From NCBI RefSeq assembly GCF_009914755.1, contig NC_060925.1: a stretch of 64,000 nt of DNA, one strand, 5' to 3'. Of this stretch, positions 27,497 through 41,076 are shown one piece after another; position 1 is the stretch's first letter, and each line of letters opens with the position of its first letter. Both the position numbers and the translations under genes were made by a program. The stretch comes from the human T2T-CHM13v2.0 reference genome, Homo sapiens. The notes under the pieces were generated by a model. That model ran no database searches, was not told the origin of the DNA, and saw only the letters and a program-made list of their open reading frames with translations.

Positions 27497-29502
27497 TAGC
27501 TACAAGATTTTAAAAATTTTGCCTTGAAACAGAGAGTACTTTAACATTTTACCAACAGAAATTTGAAATTAATACCGTAAAATAATTCCAATTTTTCAAC
27601 CACATGGACACAGGATTACTCATCAGATGTCCTTAAGGAGATAATTCCATCACATCTACACAAGGGTAGAAATATTCCTCCCAGAATAAAAAGTTTAATT
27701 TGTCAGTTGATTACCTGAAATTAAAACAAAACATCTAGCTTCCTTCATAAACTCCGTGTCAACATAGCACATGGTTCCATCTCTAGACTTTTGATAAAAG
27801 ACTCAAAGAGCTCTGCAAAGCTGTGGTAGTTTCTTCACATGGAAGGATGCATACTACCACAATGAGGAAGACTATTTGCCTTTCTTTTATTTCAAATTTG
27901 ACATAATTTGTAAACGTCTATAGTCAAGGGACTGCAACAAATTATTTTTAAGGCACTTGGCTAATACTTTAGAATTCCCCAAAGAAAAATGTTTTAAATA
28001 TTTTCTGAATCACCTTGTTAAGTGATTATCTCTTAAGACCATTAGCAGTATAATCACATGTGTTTTCTGTAGGGAGGAAACAACTGTTTCCAACGTAGGT
28101 CCAGAACATTCTGAAATACACTGTTAAGGACATGACTCAGTCTTTTAGCAGAAAAATAATAAAGTACTCAAGTATTCCCTTAATTCTACTTATCATAGAG
28201 TTATAGGCTATAGGACAGTGATAACCAAGCTATGTAATATACTGTATAATAATCATCTGAGCACTTTGCTAAAAATGAAGACTCCTGAAACATACAACAA
28301 GCCAACATAACATAGTTGAAGATTTGCTTGTAGCTCTGTTCCCCTTTAGACTTAAGAGTTTATATTAAGCCTATGGTTAAGTTACTTAAAATGGTTTCTT
28401 TCTGTTTTCTTTTGAACATGGTTTTGTTTTTCATTCGAAGCATAGTTATTTCATTTGATTTGGTTTGCATTTAATTTTAAAGTTTTTTGTCCTTTACTTT
28501 TGTTGACAGTTTTTATATGTAAAAAATCAATATGCTTCTCCAAAGTAAAAATACACACAAAAACCCCACAGAATACTATTCTCAATGAAATGTCACTCTC
28601 TATCCTTTCCACCCCATTGCTCGAGATCTACAGAAAAGCAATTTCAGGGTTTACTGGTTTGTTGTTTGCAGGTTTCAATTTTACAAAAAAAGATTTGCTC
28701 ATGTTTTCTTGTTACTTATAGCATACGAAGTATACTCCCTTACATTTGATTCTTTAATGTAATAAATGCTGGCAAACATTAGATACAGTTTATGGAAACT
28801 GCCTTCATTATCATTATTTTTTAATGGTTGAAGAATACTCCAATGTAAATATAGGTAATAGTTTATTCAATAATTACTATATGTTTTGGTATTTAGTTTT
28901 CAAAATTTTGTGGTTATAAACAAAGCTGCCAAATAGAAACCTTGTGAACATTTATTAAATTACAGGAGGTACACTTCAGGGTATTATATAAATGAGTCAA
29001 AGGTGGCTCCTGTAGATTGGCCCTCACGTAGTTTACTTCTTCACAGCAGGCTGTGACAGTTAGCTCAAACCCTGATGACACCAAACTCAAATCGTTACAA
29101 ATCCAGTTGATTCAAACATAGCAAAAAAACCTCACATGTTTTAGTCATATATAACCTGCCTACCTCTACCCTGCATAACTGCACCCAACATCTGCTAGCT
29201 ATAATGAAAATTAACCCTGGGGCTATAAAACACTTCAAACCACTTACCCTGCCAGATAATTTTTGTTTTTTACTGTTTTATTTCCTCTTTCTTTTCCTCC
29301 ATTTCTTCTTTCCTGCCATTTTTCAGTGATTATTTGAATAATTTTTAAAATTTCTTTTAAAAATTTGTTGGTTTTCTAGCTGCTTTTTATTGTGTATAGC
29401 TGCCCCAGGAATGAGAAAATATACATACTTAACTTTTTCTAACTCTACTTATAATTGATAATGCACTCCTTCTTGTAAAATAATATCTTTGGCATTTACA
29501 CA

Positions 29503-29856
29503 TGTATTAGTCAGGGTTCTCCAGAGAAACAAAACTGACTGGATAAAAAAATATATATATTTGAAGGCCTGGAAATGGGAACTCTGATGTTGGAGGGCCA
29601 GGAGAAGGTTGCTATCCCAGCCCAAGAAGAGGGTGTGAATTCACCTTTCTTCTGCCTTTTTGTTCTATTTGTACTCTCATTGGATTGGATGATGCCTCTC
29701 CACCTTGGTGAGGGCGAGTTTCTTTACTCAGTCTACTATTTCAAATGCTAATTTCTTCTGGAAACACCTTGATAGACACACTCAGAAATAATGTTTTACC
29801 AGCTACTTGGGCACTGTTTAGTCCAATTGTATTGACACATAAAATTAACTATCATA
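29503..29856 (-). mobile_element. MLT2-family ERVL solo LTR (older, internally deleted)
   Basis: + strand reads 'tgtattagtcagggttctccagagaaac' to 'ttgacacataaaattaactatcata'. Confidence 0.75.
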
Positions 29857-29859
29857 GCC

Positions 29860-32850
29860 CATATATGACCATGTCTGATACTATTAACTTTTTTTAGTAT
29901 TTCAGTATATTTCTTGTATTATTTATTTCATTCTAAAGATCTTACTTCAGTGTTTCTTACAGGCAGTTTTGCTGTCAACAAATTCCTCTTAGGCTTTTTT
30001 AATCTAGTGCTGTCTTTATTTTTCCTTCATTCTCAATTACATTTTTGCTGGACATGAAATTTTTGATTGATAGTTGCCCCTCCAAACCTTTCAACCTTTC
30101 AGTATGCTGAGGATGTTTTTCTGTTCTCTTTGTGTAATCATCATTTCTAGTGAGAAGTCATTATTCACAGTATTTTTTCCCTTTATGTAATATATTACTA
30201 ATTTTTTCTTGCTGCTTTAAAGATTGGTGCTTATACTTTGCTTTCAATAGTTTTACTATTATTTATTTTTGTTTGAGTTATTTGTGTTTGTCTTCTGACT
30301 GGTGTTTTTTAGCACCTTGTACCTACAGATTTCTATTTCCCTCAGATTTCAAAAAATATTGGCCATTATATCTATAATTATTTTTTCTGGCATGTTCTTT
30401 TTTTTTCTCCTTCCAATTCATCAGCTTAGATAATTTATATGCTCTATCTTCAATGTACTTACTCCCTCAGTAAAATTTTAATTTCAGAAATAGAAATTTT
30501 CAATTTTGTAATTTCTGTTTGGTTATTTTAAAGTGTTTCTATTTCTTTGTGGAGAAATCCCATTTGTATACTGAGATTTCACATGTATTGAAAACATATT
30601 TTTTTTTCTTAATTGAGATAAATGACCAATATAAGTATCTTTGTCTGTTTGCTTCAACATCTGGTTCATCTTGAGTTTGGCCTAGATTTATTTTCTTTTC
30701 ACATCTTAGTGGGTTTAATTTTTAGATCCCTCATATGATGGGTAGAATTTATCCTGAATATTATGAAAGCTGAATTGTAGAGATTCTACATTTTATTTTA
30801 TTTTTAAGTGAGTATTATTTCTACATATTAACAAGCCATTTCTTCATTGGTCTTGAACTACAATTTTTATTTCATTTGCAGTAGCTTCCATTTCATTCAG
30901 ATCTTGGTATGGCTGAATATCTTTCGGTCTTTCTGTGCATGTGTGATTCAGGGGTAAGCCAGAGATGTGGGTAGAAAGTGTTTGGCCTAACTTTTTTTTT
31001 GTATTTTACTTTAAAGATCTCTACACTCAGGATTTATAGTCCCCAGTCTTCTCTTTTCTGGCGCCCCAGTCCAGAAAAAAATAGGATCTATCTCTATCCA
31101 TTTTGGCCAGCATCGTAAGCTCACCACTGTTGTGTTGCTGTATGAATTGCACATATCCCAACACTGAAAGCTGTGATGGAGGAAACTAAAATGGTCAAGC
31201 GCCCTTACAACACTTCTCCAAGTGAACAGAAACCTTTGGCCACAGTCCGCCAGCACTTATTCAGGTGTTTTTTATATTATGTTTAGGTTTCACATGTGCT
31301 TTCTGTTGGAGAAAAGGAGGGGTCTGAGGAGCTCTTTCCTAGTCCATCTTATTTGGAAGTAAAACCTCTCTTTTAGCAAAACCGAGCATGGCCTTACCAA
31401 ATGACCTAGTGATTTGGTCCCTTGGTACTTACCCAACTGATTTGAAAAGTTATGTGCAAACAAATCCTGCATATAAGTGCTTATAGAAGTTTTATTTATA
31501 ATCACCAAAACTGAAAGAAACTAAGTAGTCCTTCAGTAGGTGAGTGGATAAAGTATACTTCAACAATGCAGTAGAATACTAATCATCAGTAAAAAGGCAT
31601 GAGATATCCACACAACAACATGGATGAATCTTGGATGCATTTTGCTAAGTGAAGAAGCAAGTCTGAAAGTCTGGCTTCTTTCAGACTCAGCACGCCCTTC
31701 CCCCAGGCAGGATATGTTTGTAGTAAAGTCTTTTTGCCTGGAGTGGTCCTTTGATCTGGGAAGGCTCTGGGCATGCTATGGTTACTTTTCCACCCTTTTG
31801 CCAATCCAGGAGAGATTCTTTCTTGGCTTTTTATTTGAAAGCCTTAGTGGGATTCCTAGATATAAAACCAATGAAAGTACGAGGTCCCCCTGAGACTGCG
31901 GCCCTCAGGAGTTTCTTACTCTTACACCATCCTGAGAGCATTCGGAAATTCATCAAACTTGTGACCCTTCCAGTTTATTATTTCTGTGGCTTTCGTTCCT
32001 AGTGAGCAGATCTTAGCTGTGACTCTCTATATTCACCTGTCTCTCTAGATTTAAGGATTAATTTCCATAATAGTGGACTAAAGACGAAAAGTGAATAGAT
32101 ACACTTACCTCATTATCAGAAAACTGATTTGAAAGATTTGAAGAAATTTGTGACAAAAATCCTCAGTAACCTGGTATTGAAGGTAACCTCTTAAACTGAT
32201 AAAAGGCATCTGAAAAGAAACAAAAACCAAAGAAATGCATTGGACTATGGAACAATTCCTATTTTACAAACCTTCTGAAACTTAAGGAAAGACATTTCCT
32301 GTTTATCTGTTCAATCATGCTATCTGCTCATTCTACTCCCTCACTCCCTGTCCTTTCTAGCCTTCCTCACTCTCCCTATATAACAAAAGCCCTTTCTGCC
32401 TGACCATTTAGAGGACTACAGGTATCATGCTTGGGGAAATTCTTTCTATTGCAATACTCTTTTTGAATAAGTTATCTGCTAACTCAAAACCAAGAAGAAC
32501 AAAAACAAAAGCCAACAAAATGAACAAAAGACAAAACCCTGCAACTAATATCATAGTTAATGCTGAAAGCCAGAATGTTTATTCTGTAGATCTGGATCAA
32601 AAAGGATTATTCTCTCACCACCTCTATTTAGCCCCAAGCAGTGAAAAAAGGTAAGAAAAAGAAAAAGAAAATTCATTAAAAATGAAGAAGTGCAACTTTT
32701 CCTCACAAAATGAGTATCTACGTAGACATTTTGAGAAATCTACAAAACAGCTACCAGAGCTACTATGCTAGTTAAGAAGGTTGCATGATAAAAATAAGGC
32801 TGTTACATGGTATTAAAAAACAAATGGAAATGGAAAGCAAAAACAATATC
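29860..32850. mobile_element. Mosaic of old L1M fragments in both orientations, plus a small LTR piece
   Basis: T-rich antisense L1 text at 29860-31300; sense L1MC/D-like text at 31380-31670 and 32120-32850. Confidence 0.5.
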
Positions 32851-32860
32851 ATTTATATTA

Positions 32861-33268
32861 TGTTACAGGTTGAACTGTGTCTTTCCAAAATTCATCTTTT
32901 GAAGTTCTAACCTCCAAGACCTCTGAATCTGACTGTATTTGGAGAAAAATCCTTTAAAGAGCTTATTAAGATAAAGTGAGGCCATTAGGATGGTCCCCAA
33001 TCTAAACTTACTGATGCCTTATTAGAACAGGGATTAGGGCACGCAGAGACCCTGGGGGCACGCATGCACAGAGACGACCAGAGGAAGAGGCAGCAAGACA
33101 GTGTCCATCTGCAGCCCGAGGAGAAGATTCAGAGGAAACCAAGGCAGCTGACGTCTTGATCTCAGATGTGCAGCCTCCAGAATCGTGAGAAACACCCACT
33201 CACAGACGACGTGTTTAAGCTACCCCATCTGTAGTATTTTGTCATGGCAGCCTAAACAAACAAATACA
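32861..33268 (+). mobile_element. MLT1A/B-type MaLR solo LTR
   Basis: 'tgttacaggttgaactgtgtc...gtatttggaga' through 'ttgtcatggcagcctaaacaaacaaataca'. Confidence 0.8.
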
Positions 33269-34821
33269 GATTTGGATCAAACTCATGAAGTATCTACTGA
33301 TTAATTTAACAAAATGAGCTTGGGGGTTGTGTACTGATATGTACTGAAATAACAAAATGTTTCTGAGAATCTTTTAAAGACTTAAAAATGGAGGGATATA
33401 CCATCTTTATTGCTCAAAATACTCAATGTTGCTAAAAATACAGTGTTTTCTACATTGATCTAGATTCAGTCCCTGTCAAAATCCCTAGGAATACCTTAAA
33501 AATCAATAAGCTAATTTTTAAAATGTAGATAATGAAGTCCTATGGGGCTGGATGTCATATGTCTCTTACGAAATGTCATAAAATGATGAAGAAGAAGGTC
33601 TAATCTAAACGTCAACTTCGCAATGAATGTGGGGTGTCCACAAGAGGTTGCTGGATGACAGAAACAAGCTCTAGGCAGCATAGAGGCTGTCCCCACCAGG
33701 ATATCTAGAAAGTCAGTCATTCAAAGCAAACTAGCGAGCAAATAACTGGAAATTACGTGAATATAATAAGAATATTACAAGATCAAAATCTGAAAATAAA
33801 CTGTACCTCATCCCAACCCTGGAGAAGACCCCACTGAGTTTCATTTTGTTGCTGCTTCCAAGGGAAGCCTGAACTCGTAGGATGCTCATGAGGATGCCCC
33901 TGGCATCACTTAAGAATGAAACAGATGTTGAAAATTCGGTGCTCTTGGGAACTTTCTATACAGGCATCTCTCGTCATTTGTGAGAATCTGAAGGGACGTC
34001 ATCTTCCCTGGAGGCTTAAATCCAGAGTGAGAGGAGAAAAGAAAGATCCAAGGGAAGTGTGATGGCTCAAGGACTTAAACAAATCCATGTTTCAGACCCC
34101 AAAGTCAGAGCACTGCATCTCCCAGTGTCCTTCTCAGTTGAAACTGGACTGAGATTATTACACTCAATTTAAAGAGTCTGTGTACACACACCAAAATTTA
34201 AGGTGTCACATGCAAATGAATGTCTAGGATCCATTAGTCACATATTATGGATGCAATAAATAAAGGTTTATTCTCATGAGACCCAGAAAGATCTCCTTTT
34301 CTGACTCACTGGAGGAAAAGGTGTGGCATCACGTCTCAGATCTGAGGTGAGAGTGAAGAGCTGGGTCTCCAGGGCTTAAAACCTATGAAATAAAATATAA
34401 GTACAAGTAAAAGTGTGACCTCCCAGGAGAGTCCCATATAGTCAATGAAAGTCTGTTTAAAGCTGCTTTAAAAGCCTTGCTCCTTCTTGAAGAAGGAAGT
34501 GCCTAATACAGAGGACATCAAGCAGAGCTTGGAGACTGCACAAAAGAAATAAATACTGATACGTAGAGGACAGAAATGGTCAATCAAAATCGTCGTGAGT
34601 TTAACCCGGGGAGTTGGGGTCTTGAAGCAGGAATCGGTAAGCATATAGGAAACTGTTTGCAGCATTCACTAGATCTCCCTAAGAATTGAAAACTAGAGCT
34701 CTCTTTGAACAAAAACTGTGAAAAGAAGTCCTAAATTACTTAGACATTTCATTTTTATTTTCTTCTCTTCTGAAATTATTTTGAAATAAATATAGAACTG
34801 TTTGGGAAAGCATTCTCACCG

Positions 34822-34973
34822 GCCTTTGTTATGAATGTTGCTTCTATTGATCTTACTCGAGAATGGAAACATTTTCCGGGGCTGAAGATTCCATATAGCC
34901 TTTGTTATGAATGTTGCTTCTGTTGATCTTACTCGAGAATGGAAACATTTTCCGGAGCTGAAGACTCCATATA
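34822..34973. repeat. Tandem duplication, 2 x 76 bp
   Basis: Copies start at 34822 and 34898; 3 mismatches. Confidence 0.95.
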
Positions 34974-34974
34974 G

Positions 34975-35052
34975 GCCTCCCCTCCCCTCCCCTCCCCTCT
35001 CCTCTCCTCTCCTCTCCTCTTCCCCTTTGCTCTCTCATTCTCTCCATTCCTC
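34975..35052. repeat. (CCCCT)n/(CCTCT)n polypyrimidine tract
   Basis: Read directly. Confidence 0.9.
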
Positions 35053-35788
35053 ATATTCTTGACAAAAGTGATAAAATTTGTTGTTAATATGATATAGAAA
35101 TGGTAAAGAAACATATAAACCTGAACTTACCCTATCTTCCCAGCCTTCTTAGATACCCCTTGATTTTAGGATTATTTTGTGTATTATATGTATTTTCCCA
35201 GTTTTAGATTGATTGAGACTCAGATTGCATATTTTTATTTAATCATGTGGAATTTCCCTGGACCAAATAAGTATATAAATATAATGAGGCAAAGCTTTAT
35301 TGTTATTAATGTTATCTGTAAAGAAAAGCACACAGACTTTTAAACTAATGCTATCACTCATTTCATATGTAAGCATGTGAAATAAGGTGAAATATAAATC
35401 AAAAATGAGACTGAAGGGATAAAAATCTAGCATTGGAGTCAAACATCACTGGGGTGGAAGGAACTCAAAAGGACACTCACTCACTCACTGAGCTACCCTG
35501 GCTGTCTCTAAAACACACAGGCTAATGCAACAGAAACAAGGATGGATGGTTTGCTAGTTTGGAGGTAGCTCTTGGGGTATTTTGACACTGCTCCAGGTTT
35601 TATTCCCCAGCAGGTCAAACAAAGGAGGCTTTACTTTTGGGGCTTCCATGAATTAGCTCATGTTATGAGTCAGGCTCTCCATTATTGCTCTAAAGCTAGG
35701 GCCAGTGCTTTCTCCAACAAGAAAGCCCAAAGTTTGCAACATAGTAAGAAATTTCCATTTGCTCATGAGTCTTTTCAACTTAAAACAT

Positions 35789-35928
35789 TATTTTATTTAA
35801 TTTTTGTAGACATAGAGGGGTCTCATCTTGTTGTCCAGGCTTGTCTCGAATTCCTGGCCTTAAGAGATCCTCTGGCCTCAGCCTCCTAAAATGCTGTGAT
35901 TACCGGCATGAGCCACCATGCCTGGTCC
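35789..35928 (-). mobile_element. FLAM / Alu left monomer
   Basis: Monomer-length J-type Alu text flanked by 'cttttcaactt' on both sides (35771, 35929). Confidence 0.8.
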
Positions 35929-37399
35929 CTTTTCAACTTTAAATCACTTGTTAATTTAGTTCTCAGAAAATCACTTGTACTGAAATGGACATATTCTATG
36001 AAGGTTAGAGGTACGACTGCTCATCCTGGAAAAGCTCTGTTTATTCTTGCTCATCCTCTCGGCTGTGTGTGTGTGCATATGTGTGTATAGAGAAGGAGGA
36101 GAATGTATGTTGTAATGGTCTGCTACATTCTCTTTCAGTTGAAAAACTGCTGAACAACAAAGTGAGACTCTCTTGTGTCTACAAAAATAAAATATTTTTT
36201 AAGTTGAAAAGACTCAAGAGCAAATGGAAATCTCATGCTATGTTGCAAACTTTGGGTGTTCTTGTTGGAAAAAGCACTGGCAGTAGCTTTAGAGCAATAA
36301 TGGAGAGCCTGACTTATAGCTCAACATGAGCAAGTTCATGGCTGCCCCAAACTTAAAGCCTCCTCTGTTTGACCTGCTGGGGAGAATAAAACCTAGAGCA
36401 GTGTCTACATACCCTAAGAGCTACTTCCAAACTAGCAAACCGTCCATCCTGTTTTCTGTTCTGTGTGTTTTAGAGATGGCCTGGAAACCAAAGGGGAAAG
36501 TGAAAAAATTGCCATTGAAGTGATACTAAAGTAAAATCAAGAGAGGTTCTAAAGACAAGATGATCTGAGGGAAAAACATGGCCAAAACTCTCCCTCACGT
36601 TGGGGTGTGCGAGGGATCTCAGATGACAATCTCTGAATGTCTATCACATAAGAGGACACACTGCATCTCTGGTTAGATGCAGTAGATATCCCTGTCTGTC
36701 GCTTCCTGTGTTTAATTAAATCCTTCCTAGAATATTATGTTAATCATCTGGCTAAGTCTCAGGTTTTTGTTCTTTTCATGAAAAATGACACTATATATTT
36801 GAAAACTGATTTGTGAAAATAACGAGTACTTTTTAATTTTTGTGCTATGCTATGTATATGGACTAAAGAAAGAAAAAAATGATACTATAATCACATTTTC
36901 ACCAAAGGAGTAAACTTTAATGCAAAAATGGGAGAATAATCTTAACATCCTTCAGTGAGAAGGGGATAGTAAATTAGAGTATCACCTGAGGATAATGACT
37001 ATTTTAAATATTGCAGTAAGTAGCAAGCAGAAATTTCATTCACAACATTTAATACACACAAAACTACATTAACCGGGATATTTATACATGAAAATGTATG
37101 CCCTATTGCAGTTTTATATATAATTGCATAGCCAACCCTGTAATTCCCAAAGGAAATAAAATCACTCAAAAGTCATTTCAAGTAATGAGGGAGAGAAGTG
37201 AAGTTCTTTGCTTCTTTCACAATAAATCTTAGTCCAGGACTACTAAGTGTTAGACTGATATACCCACAGTTGTTTTACACCTGAGTCCATGAGAAATATA
37301 AATTGCTTGATATTTTTAAACTTTTTGTCTAGGCCTTGATGCTACACATACCTTCATTCAACAAATGAAGAAACAAATGATACTTTTTAATATTAGTAT

Positions 37400-37426
37400 G
37401 ACACTTATTTTCCTTTACTCCATAGG
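37400..37426 (+). promoter_or_regulatory. OR14K1 splice acceptor
   Basis: 'ttattttcctttactccatAG|ggcgcttataattttgaactATG'; AG at 37424-37425. Confidence 0.7.
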
Positions 37427-37445
37427 GCGCTTATAATTTTGAACT

Positions 37446-38390
37446 ATGACCAATCAGACACAGATGATGGAATTCTTGCTTGTGAGATTTACTGAGAATT
37501 GGGTGCTCCTGAGGCTGCATGCTTTGCTCTTCTCACTGATCTACCTCACGGCTGTGCTGATGAATTTAGTCATCATTCTCCTCATGATTCTGGACCATCG
37601 TCTCCACATGGCAATGTACTTTTTCCTCCGACATTTGTCCTTCTTAGACCTGTGTCTCATTTCTGCCACAGTCCCCAAATCCATCCTCAACTCTGTCGCC
37701 TCCACTGACTCCATCTCCTTCCTGGGGTGTGTGTTGCAGCTCTTCTTGGTGGTACTGCTGGCTGGATCAGAGATTGGCATCCTTACTGCCATGTCCTATG
37801 ACCGCTATGCTGCCATCTGCTGCCCCCTACACTGTGAGGCTGTCATGAGCAGAGGGCTCTGTGTCCAGTTGATGGCTCTGTCCTGGCTCAACAGAGGGGC
37901 CTTGGGACTCTTGTACACAGCTGGAACATTCTCTCTGAATTTTTATGGCTCTGATGAGCTACATCAGTTCTTCTGCGATGTCCCTGCCCTACTAAAGCTC
38001 ACTTGTTCTAAAGAACATGCCATCATTAGTGTCAGTGTGGCCATTGGGGTCTGTTATGCATTTTCATGTTTAGTTTGCATTGTAGTTTCCTATGTGTACA
38101 TTTTCTCTGCTGTGTTAAGGATATCACAGAGACAGAGACAATCCAAAGCCTTTTCCAACTGTGTGCCTCACCTCATTGTTGTCACTGTGTTTCTTGTAAC
38201 AGGTGCTGTTGCTTATTTAAAGCCAGGGTCTGATGCACCTTCTATTCTAGACTTGCTGGTGTCTGTGTTCTATTCTGTCGCACCTCCAACCTTGAACCCT
38301 GTTATCTACTGTCTGAAGAACAAGGACATTAAATCCGCTCTGAGTAAAGTCCTGTGGAATGTTAGAAGCAGTGGGGTAATGAAAAGATGA
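37446..38390 (+). CDS. OR14K1: Olfactory receptor family 14, 314 aa (intact ORF, degenerate motifs)
   Basis: MTNQT N-terminus; MYFFL, MSYDRYAAIC, QFFCD, KAFS.C.PH, LNPVIY motifs; seven hydrophobic segments. Confidence 0.93.
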   Translation: MTNQTQMMEFLLVRFTENWVLLRLHALLFSLIYLTAVLMNLVIILLMILDHRLHMAMYFFLRHLSFLDLCLISATVPKSILNSVASTDSISFLGCVLQLFLVVLLAGSEIGILTAMSYDRYAAICCPLHCEAVMSRGLCVQLMALSWLNRGALGLLYTAGTFSLNFYGSDELHQFFCDVPALLKLTCSKEHAIISVSVAIGVCYAFSCLVCIVVSYVYIFSAVLRISQRQRQSKAFSNCVPHLIVVTVFLVTGAVAYLKPGSDAPSILDLLVSVFYSVAPPTLNPVIYCLKNKDIKSALSKVLWNVRSSGVMKR

Positions 38391-38564
38391 CTAAAGTTGA
38401 AGATGGGAAGTAACTTTTTTTGTTGTTGTTGTTCTGCCATCCACTAGCTGTTTAAAATTATCTCTATTTTGGGATAAAAATGTCATGGAGTCTTGCTACT
38501 GATAATCTCAAGCAGTCAGTTTTAATAGAAATAGAAAGCAACTATTTTCCTACAATTTTTGCAC

Positions 38565-38837
38565 TTTTTTTTTTTAAAATTTTGAGACGGAATCTCTCTC
38601 TGTCATCCAGGCTGGAGTGCAGGGGCGTGATCTTGGCTCAAGCAATTATCATGTCTCGGCTTCCCAAGTAGCTGGGATTACAGGTGTATGCAACCACGCC
38701 CAGCTATTTGTTTGTGTTTTTAGTAGAGACGGAGTTCCACCATGTTGGCCAGGCTGGTCTTGAATTCCTGACCTCAAGCAATCCGTTGGTCTCAGCCTCC
38801 AAAAGTGTTGGGATTACAGCGTAAGCCACCGTGCCCA
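38565..38837 (-). mobile_element. AluS-type with ~25-bp internal deletion
   Basis: Alu dimer in which 'ttggctca' joins directly to 'agcaatt' at 38640/38641. Confidence 0.88.
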
Positions 38838-38992
38838 TCTCTTTTCCTATACTTCTTCACTTGACATCTGTTATTCATGTAGAAATAATTAAAGTTTTCC
38901 TATGACAACTTCAATGATTTTTACTCTTGTTCTGAAGATCCACATGCATTGCATGAGATTTGTATGAGGTTCTCATACCTCAAAAAGCTTTC

Positions 38993-39082
38993 ATCTTTTC
39001 GGCATTCTCTTCAGTTAGTTTCTGCTTTATTGTCCTATCTTTTCCAGCATTCTCTTCAGTTAGTTTCTGCTTTATTGTCCTA
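38993..39082. repeat. Tandem duplication, 2 x ~45 bp
   Basis: 'gcattctcttcagttagtttctgctttattgtccta' at 39002 and 39047. Confidence 0.92.
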
Positions 39083-41076
39083 GATTTTGCATTGCATCTC
39101 AGGTTTTATCGATTCAACGTTCTTTATAGCTTCTGATTTTCACTATTTGGTAAAAGTTGTAATTTTAACTTAAAGTTATGATTTCAACTTACTTTTACAG
39201 TTTAAAAAATGTACTCAATTTTATTGCATTTTACCTATTTGATTCATGTGTGCTTGGTAGATTTTATACAATTACCCAAACACTTAGGAAGGTGATTTTC
39301 TCATGTCTTTTTAAAAATAAATTATGTTTTTGGAGTAGAATATTTTTCTCTTCATTAAAACTTCTTTTTCTCTAATGTGTTGATTCCTGACTTGTGCAAA
39401 TTGCTTTCATAATGTATTAGAATTAATGAAATAGCATTTAGCACTGTTTCTAACATTGTGATAAATTATACATTTTCTGGACCTTTAATATTATATAACA
39501 TTTCAAGTACCCTAAATGTGTAGAATTGTTTTCTACTCCTTGCTGCAGGAGACAATCGTCGTATCACCCTATTTGTCCTCTTGCTGCTTCTTTCCTAGAG
39601 ATGGAAATTAACATTTGTTGCCTAATTTCACTGTATCAGACACTTTTGTGTATACCACCTCTATTAATCCTCTGACTGATATGAGGCAGCATGTAATACT
39701 GTTAAGCAGATGGGACAGCTGAGACTGAGCATCTTTTTGTTTATGTTACTCATAACTTAAGAATGTAATAAAATATGTTTCTAGCCTTTGGCAATACCTT
39801 TCAAACTCTGTATGCTCACTACAGCATCTTTGAAACTTGGTCCATATTAGCTTCCTCATGAAATCTTCTATTTGCCCAAATTCTACCCAAATATTAAAAT
39901 CTAGCTTAGATTTTTAGAGTCTAGCTATAAAATATTATGAAAGTGCTTAATTACATATTTCTCTGTCTCTAAACTCTTGTATGTCATTGTATGTATTGTA
40001 TGTCAGAAAATAATTTAAATATCTTCTAGTGAGCTTTGCACAAATATTTGACAGAAAATAAATATATTTTTAAAATTTGTTTAACACAGAAACTGGATTA
40101 TCTAATGCCTGCATGGAAAGTTCATGCATAAACTCTTTGATTTACTCTTACAGTGCAGTTCACAGTTGTGAGCATATAATGGTTTTGTCACTACTTCTTT
40201 AACACTGCCTGGATCCTAAGCCAATTCATTTCAATGCACCATAAATTTAGTTATGTGTGTTTAAGGAAAAATAAACATTGCATTAAATGAACTTATCAAC
40301 TTTGAGTTGAATCCCTGTTATAGAAACATTGAATTGGAATATGAATAAAAAAGTGTGTTTGAGAACTGAAGGCACTGGATAATGACTATATTTTTAGAGA
40401 GCAACCATACAGAGTGAGTGATAAATCACACAAGTATGCATATGTTAAATATACATATAGATACAATCAAAGTTTCAATGGAAAAAAAGGGTAAGAAGTA
40501 GTAACAGGAAGTGAATTTTTGCTGTTTTACATTCAAACCAAAGAAAGCTGTAAATTGTCTTGAATCTATTGGTCATGTAGTTCTACATTTAAAGAGTACA
40601 TTGCTGATGTTTGCTCTGATAGGTTGTGCTATGCAACTCTTTATTCACCATTGTGACACTTCTCTCCTTACTTTACGAAACGTTCATTGTACTATACCTA
40701 CGTGCATCAGATGGAGACATACCACAATGATTGAGAACCCTGCAAGCTTACAGATCACTTCTGTGATACCCTCCCCGCCTTGTTTTCCAAAATTTTACCT
40801 TTACAGTGATGATACAGATGAAAGTAAATTGAAATAGTACTTCTATTTCAGTTCAAAGGAATTCCGAGTATCTGGAAAAACTAGCTTTGCTCAAATGTTG
40901 AAACAAAATGTGTATTGCACTTTTGGAAAGCTTCTTCACAGTAGTTTGTTATGGGTTTATGGAAAAGTCTGAACTTGGTATGGTGTGAAACAGATTGCTT
41001 TATTATTTTATTTCAAATACCATGTAATTTTTATTTTAATCATGTAATTTCCAGTCTGGTTTTCTTATACCTCAAT

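Noticed and set aside
33500-34700. Non-repeat stretch with several O/E-like words as a shared OR14A2/OR14K1 enhancer
   Set aside because: Only degenerate matches, with no clear Lhx2-EBF composite motif; not supportable without conservation data.
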